Shown: piece by piece, positions 60,374 through 64,000 of the stretch
How positions within the stretch are numbered: the stretch's first letter is position 1
How the letters are laid out: each line of letters opens with the position of its first letter
Assembly: GCA_034520965.1 (NCBI GenBank)
Contig: JAXHMY010000002.1
Location: forward strand, 416,001 to 480,000
DNA: 64,000 nucleotides
Origin: Spirochaetia bacterium
GTDB lineage: Bacteria; Spirochaetota; Spirochaetia; DSM-16054; Sediminispirochaetaceae
Direction of reading: 5' to 3'
Translations under genes and position numbers: made by a program
Notes under the pieces: model-generated
The model's input: the letters and a program-made list of their open reading frames with translations, nothing else
Database searches by the model: none
Told to the model about the DNA's origin: nothing

Positions 60374-60671
60374 TCAACCGAGACATCGAAGAGTTTGGAA
60401 AGCCGTTTCGCCACGGCTCTTGCTTATACCTCTCTGCCCGTTTTCCATGTTCGATATATTCTGCCGACTGAATCTCCCGAGTTTCTCTCCCAGTTCGGTT
60501 TGCGACATATTGTGAAGTTCGCGGTACAGGCGCAATGTTCTCACTCGGGCTAATCTCGCTGCGGATATGGTGATACCATTCGCTTTTGGTGATCTCCACA
60601 AGCTCCTCGTCTTCATCCTCGATGACTTCTCCTTCAAGCCTAATACGGGGCTTTTTCACGACTACCTGCAT
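60374..60671 (-). CDS. XRE HTH antitoxin (frameshifted)
   Basis: LRLYRELHNMSQTELGEKLG...QNISNMENGQRGIS. Confidence 0.8.
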
Positions 60672-60720
60672 AGTACACCTCTATCTCCAAGACTGTGTCT
60701 TCGACGTGCCGGCACGTGAC
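60640..60720 (-). pseudogene. C-terminal remnant of a RelE/HigB-like toxin
   Basis: VLEIEVYYAGSREKAPY-stop overlapping the HTH start; no recognisable N-terminus. Confidence 0.55.
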
Positions 60721-61169
60721 CTGAATGTTACACAAATAAGGTTACATTTCAAGGGATCCATGTTTTCTGTACCAGCGTCGCGGTTGTTTTCGATTCGTGA
60801 ACGGCGAGCAGGTCGCCGGCCCCGAGATCAAGTACGTTCACCCTCTGATTATCGCGTAACAGAGAGAGATACTTTTCCCCTTTTAAGGCATTTTATATGT
60901 GAAAAATGCCAGTAGGTATTGCATTTTTGCCACTTAAAATGAAAAATTATGAAAAGTTATGACTCTGGCAAAGGCTTATCACAGAAAAACTACTGTCGTG
61001 GAAGGGGAAAAAAGATCGCAAGTCCGATTTACGCCGTTTTTTATACAGAGTTTTCGGAAAAGTTTACCTCTACTCATCCAAAACGTATTTGAGCGACGTT
61101 TTCGGTTCGTTCCGGTCGGCATTCGATCATCAAGGTGTTTTCCGATAGTCGTAAAAATGTTTTCGTACC

Positions 61170-61262
61170 CCTTGTGACGTTGAGAAGCGGCCGGAATGAT
61201 TCCAGTAACTGGTCTATCTGCTGAATCTCGTGTAATAATTTTCTACGAATCGAATCATGCAA
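61170..61262 (-). pseudogene. N-terminal remnant of a HEPN (HepT-like) gene
   Basis: HDSIRRKLLHEIQQIDQLLESFRPLL overlapping the MNT stop; no Rx4-6H region seen. Confidence 0.45.
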
Positions 61263-61566
61263 TACGCTGCACCTCGCCAATCTCCGAGAGAAGCGTAAAT
61301 AATGCCGATTGATGACCAAAATCGATAAGATCTATCTCATGTTCCAGTTCGGTTAATAGACGGCCGTATATATGGAAGAAACGTTCCCTTGGGTAGTCAT
61401 TAATTCCGATGTCAATATCGGAACCTGGTGCCCGGCGTCACCCATTAGCAGACCAAAGAGGTATATTTCCCTACACCCCTCTTCCCGAAGGATTTGAACG
61501 GCTCGCTTGAGATTCAGCCGTATGGACAGTACTGTGTATGTCTGTTTCCCACAATTTCCGATTCAT
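61255..61566 (-). CDS. Minimal nucleotidyltransferase (MNT) antitoxin (frameshifted)
   Basis: IYLFG...DIDIGI...IDLID. Confidence 0.75.
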
Positions 61567-61700
61567 AGTACTTCCCCAGTATCGAGTCCTTCTTTATATA
61601 GTAGCAGATAAATCAATTGCTCGGCAAATCCTCGCCGGTCTGTCGAGCAGAATGTTCAATGCATTGACATAGCTTCTTTTAGGAAGCAAGTTTCGCTATT

Positions 61701-62557
61701 TCATCGAAGAAGAACCTCAAACACCGATCCGGTCTTGTTATGAAAATAGCGCGGAGTGGCCAGCCTTCAATTGCTCCATCGCCGATTGTCCGCTGCAGTG
61801 GGAAACCCCCGATCGGTCCCGACACCTGGCGCGAGCAGATATTTAACCGTAGCCGCAGTGCGCCTCTCATCCGCCTCCACAAGGTGCGTACCGCCGAGGA
61901 CCGCATAAATCGGCCGGTTCAGCTGCGCCTTCACGTGGTCGAGCATGCTCCTCAGCCCCGATGCGGACATTGCCAGCCGCGCCGCCACACCCTGCGGCGT
62001 TTCAAGATGCGGAAACCACCTCGTCAGCGAAGTCGTCCTGCCGATATTCGCCGTTCTCCTGAGTACCCAAAACGCGGATCGGCCGCCTCCAGTGCGGGAA
62101 CGTACTCCGCGGAAAAGATACGTCAGCAGCCAAGACGCCCGGCAGCAGCTGCGTGCACTCATCCGCAACAAGGCGATACGGAATTCCCAGCCTTCGCAGG
62201 TCCTCTTCGCTGGAAGCACTTGCCCTTGAACTCATACCGCCCGTCTTTGTAGGCATATTCTTTTTGAAGGATGCACTCCTTCCGGATGAAGCTCGGAAGA
62301 GCTGTCGCGCAGTGTCAGCAAGGAGTCAGCAGAGCCCCGGTATGGTCGTAATGACCGTGACTCAGCACCACCTTCTCCAGAGTCCTAAGGTTCACCCCCA
62401 GCACTTCCGCATTCCGGGCAAAGGCCCCGGACTGTCCCGTATCAAAGAGAATGCGGTGCCCGTCGTACTCAATCAAAAAGGACAGGCCGTGCTCGTATTC
62501 CAGCGACGTGTCCTCTCCGGGGCTATCTTCTATCAGCGTAGTAACTCGTAATGCCAT
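61701..62557 (-). CDS. MBL-fold metallo-hydrolase (frameshifted)
   Basis: EHGLSF...LFDTG...LSHGHYDHTG; LGGTHL; HCSG. Confidence 0.9.
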
Positions 62558-62727
62558 TATATAACCTCCTACTTATTGATATATATACTATGAATAAAAC
62601 TATGCGATAGTGCTTGCGTACAGATGTTTCTACATATAAGAGAAGTTTTGAAATTCCTCGGCAGCCCGGCAGGCACCACTTAAAATGATCCAGCATCGTA
62701 TTTTACAAGGACAAAGGAGTGTTAATG

Positions 62728-64000
62728 ATGAGTGCTGAAAAGAAACCAAGAGAACTGCTGGCAAGCAGATTAGGGTTTATCCTGCTCACGGCCGGTTGTG
62801 CAATCGGCTTGGGAAATGTATGGCGCTTTCCCTATATTACGGGGAAATACGGCGGAGCGGCCTTTGTATTGATTTATCTGGCCTTCCTCTTGATCCTGGG
62901 ACTTCCGATTATGGTGATGGAGTTATCCATCGGACGAGCTGGACGGTATAACATTGCCGGATCTTTCCGGGCCCTGGACCCGAAGGGTTCAAAATGGCAC
63001 ATCTATGGGGTACCTGGCCATCCCTGGTAACCTTCTGCTGGTGATGTCCTTATACCACTATCGCCGGATGGATGTCGATCAGCCTACTTCTACTTCGCCC
63101 TGAAGGGCGATCTGGCCGGATTAGGCGCCCGAATCAGGTGGGTGCATTTTTCGGCGGCTTTCTCGCACAGCCGGGCGGCATGCTCTTCTGGATGTTTCTG
63201 GTCGTAATCCTGGGATTTGCAGTCTGTTCAAATCGGCCTGCAGAAGGGTGTCCGAAAGAATTACCAAATGTCTGATGTCAGCTTTGGTTGTTATTCTGGT
63301 AGTCCTTGCTATCCGGTCGGTAACCCTGCCGGGCGCCGGCGAAGGACTCAGCTTTTACCTGAAGCCTGATTTCGGAAAACTCATGGAAACGGGTCTGTGG
63401 GAGGCCGTGTATGCTGTACTATGGGGCAGGCTTTCTTTACCCTCAGTCTGGGTACAGGAAGTATGCTCGTTTTCGGAAGTTATATCGGAAAAGAGCGGTC
63501 GCTGACCGGTGAATCTGTCAATATTCTGGTTCTCGACACCTTTGTCGCCTTCAGTTGCCGGTTCGATTATCTTCCCGGCAGTGTTCGCTTTTTGGTCAGG
63601 ACCCTGCCGAGGGGCCGGGGCTGGTCTTCGTTGTTCTTCCGAATATTTTCAACAGTATGAATCAGGCGGCCGACTATGGGGTTCGCTCTTCTTCCTCTTT
63701 CTCAGGTTTGCCGCTGCTGATGGTCCGAGATTGTGGCTGTATTCGAGAAACCTGATGGCCTCTACTCTGGATGAATGGGAATGGTCACGCAGAAGCCTCC
63801 ATTCCCAACGGCGTTATCGTGGCCGTACTTTCCCATCCCCTGCGCCCTCGGGTTCAATGTCTGGAGTGGAATTCAGCCCCTGGGACCGGGAACTGCGGTA
63901 ATCGATCTATGGGATTTCATTGTTCAGTTCAAACCTTCTGCCTATCGGCTCACTGATCTTCGTACTCTTCTGCGGCTATAAGTTCGCCTGGGGCTGGGAC
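62728..64000 (+). CDS. NSS/SNF family sodium-dependent transporter (partial, frameshifted)
   Basis: AIGLGNVWRFPY...YGGAAF, GQAFFTLSLG, GPGLVF. Confidence 0.92.

Overview
Bacterial chromosomal window. The conserved core gene content (Crp/TPR-MlaEFD-TPR-LysM/M23-PEGA cluster) suggests a free-living spirochaete; that assignment is inference. Many genes are split by single-base frameshifts, most likely long-read consensus errors. Layout: (1) 1-11.1 kb, right end of a defence island bounded by a 3' tRNA-Thr(CGT) fragment (att-like). It carries a DUF499 ATPase/DUF1156 methylase restriction-like operon, an ABC-three-component (Lamassu-type) operon, a solitary canonical-looking integron attC with an ORF-less cassette directly upstream of that operon, and a ~260-bp nested palindrome. 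(2) 11.1-36.6 kb, housekeeping and metabolic genes, with a candidate C-rich-loop small RNA at ~19 kb. (3) 36.8-51.7 kb, a four-gene operon: giant exported FN3/Ig-like protein, FN3-repeat protein, probable beta-barrel, TPR protein. (4) 52-61.6 kb, a second accessory island with six toxin-antitoxin modules or remnants surrounding an orphan BREX pglZ-brxL pair, which is coupled to an MqsR/MqsA-DUF4065-like module. (5) An MBL hydrolase and an NSS transporter.
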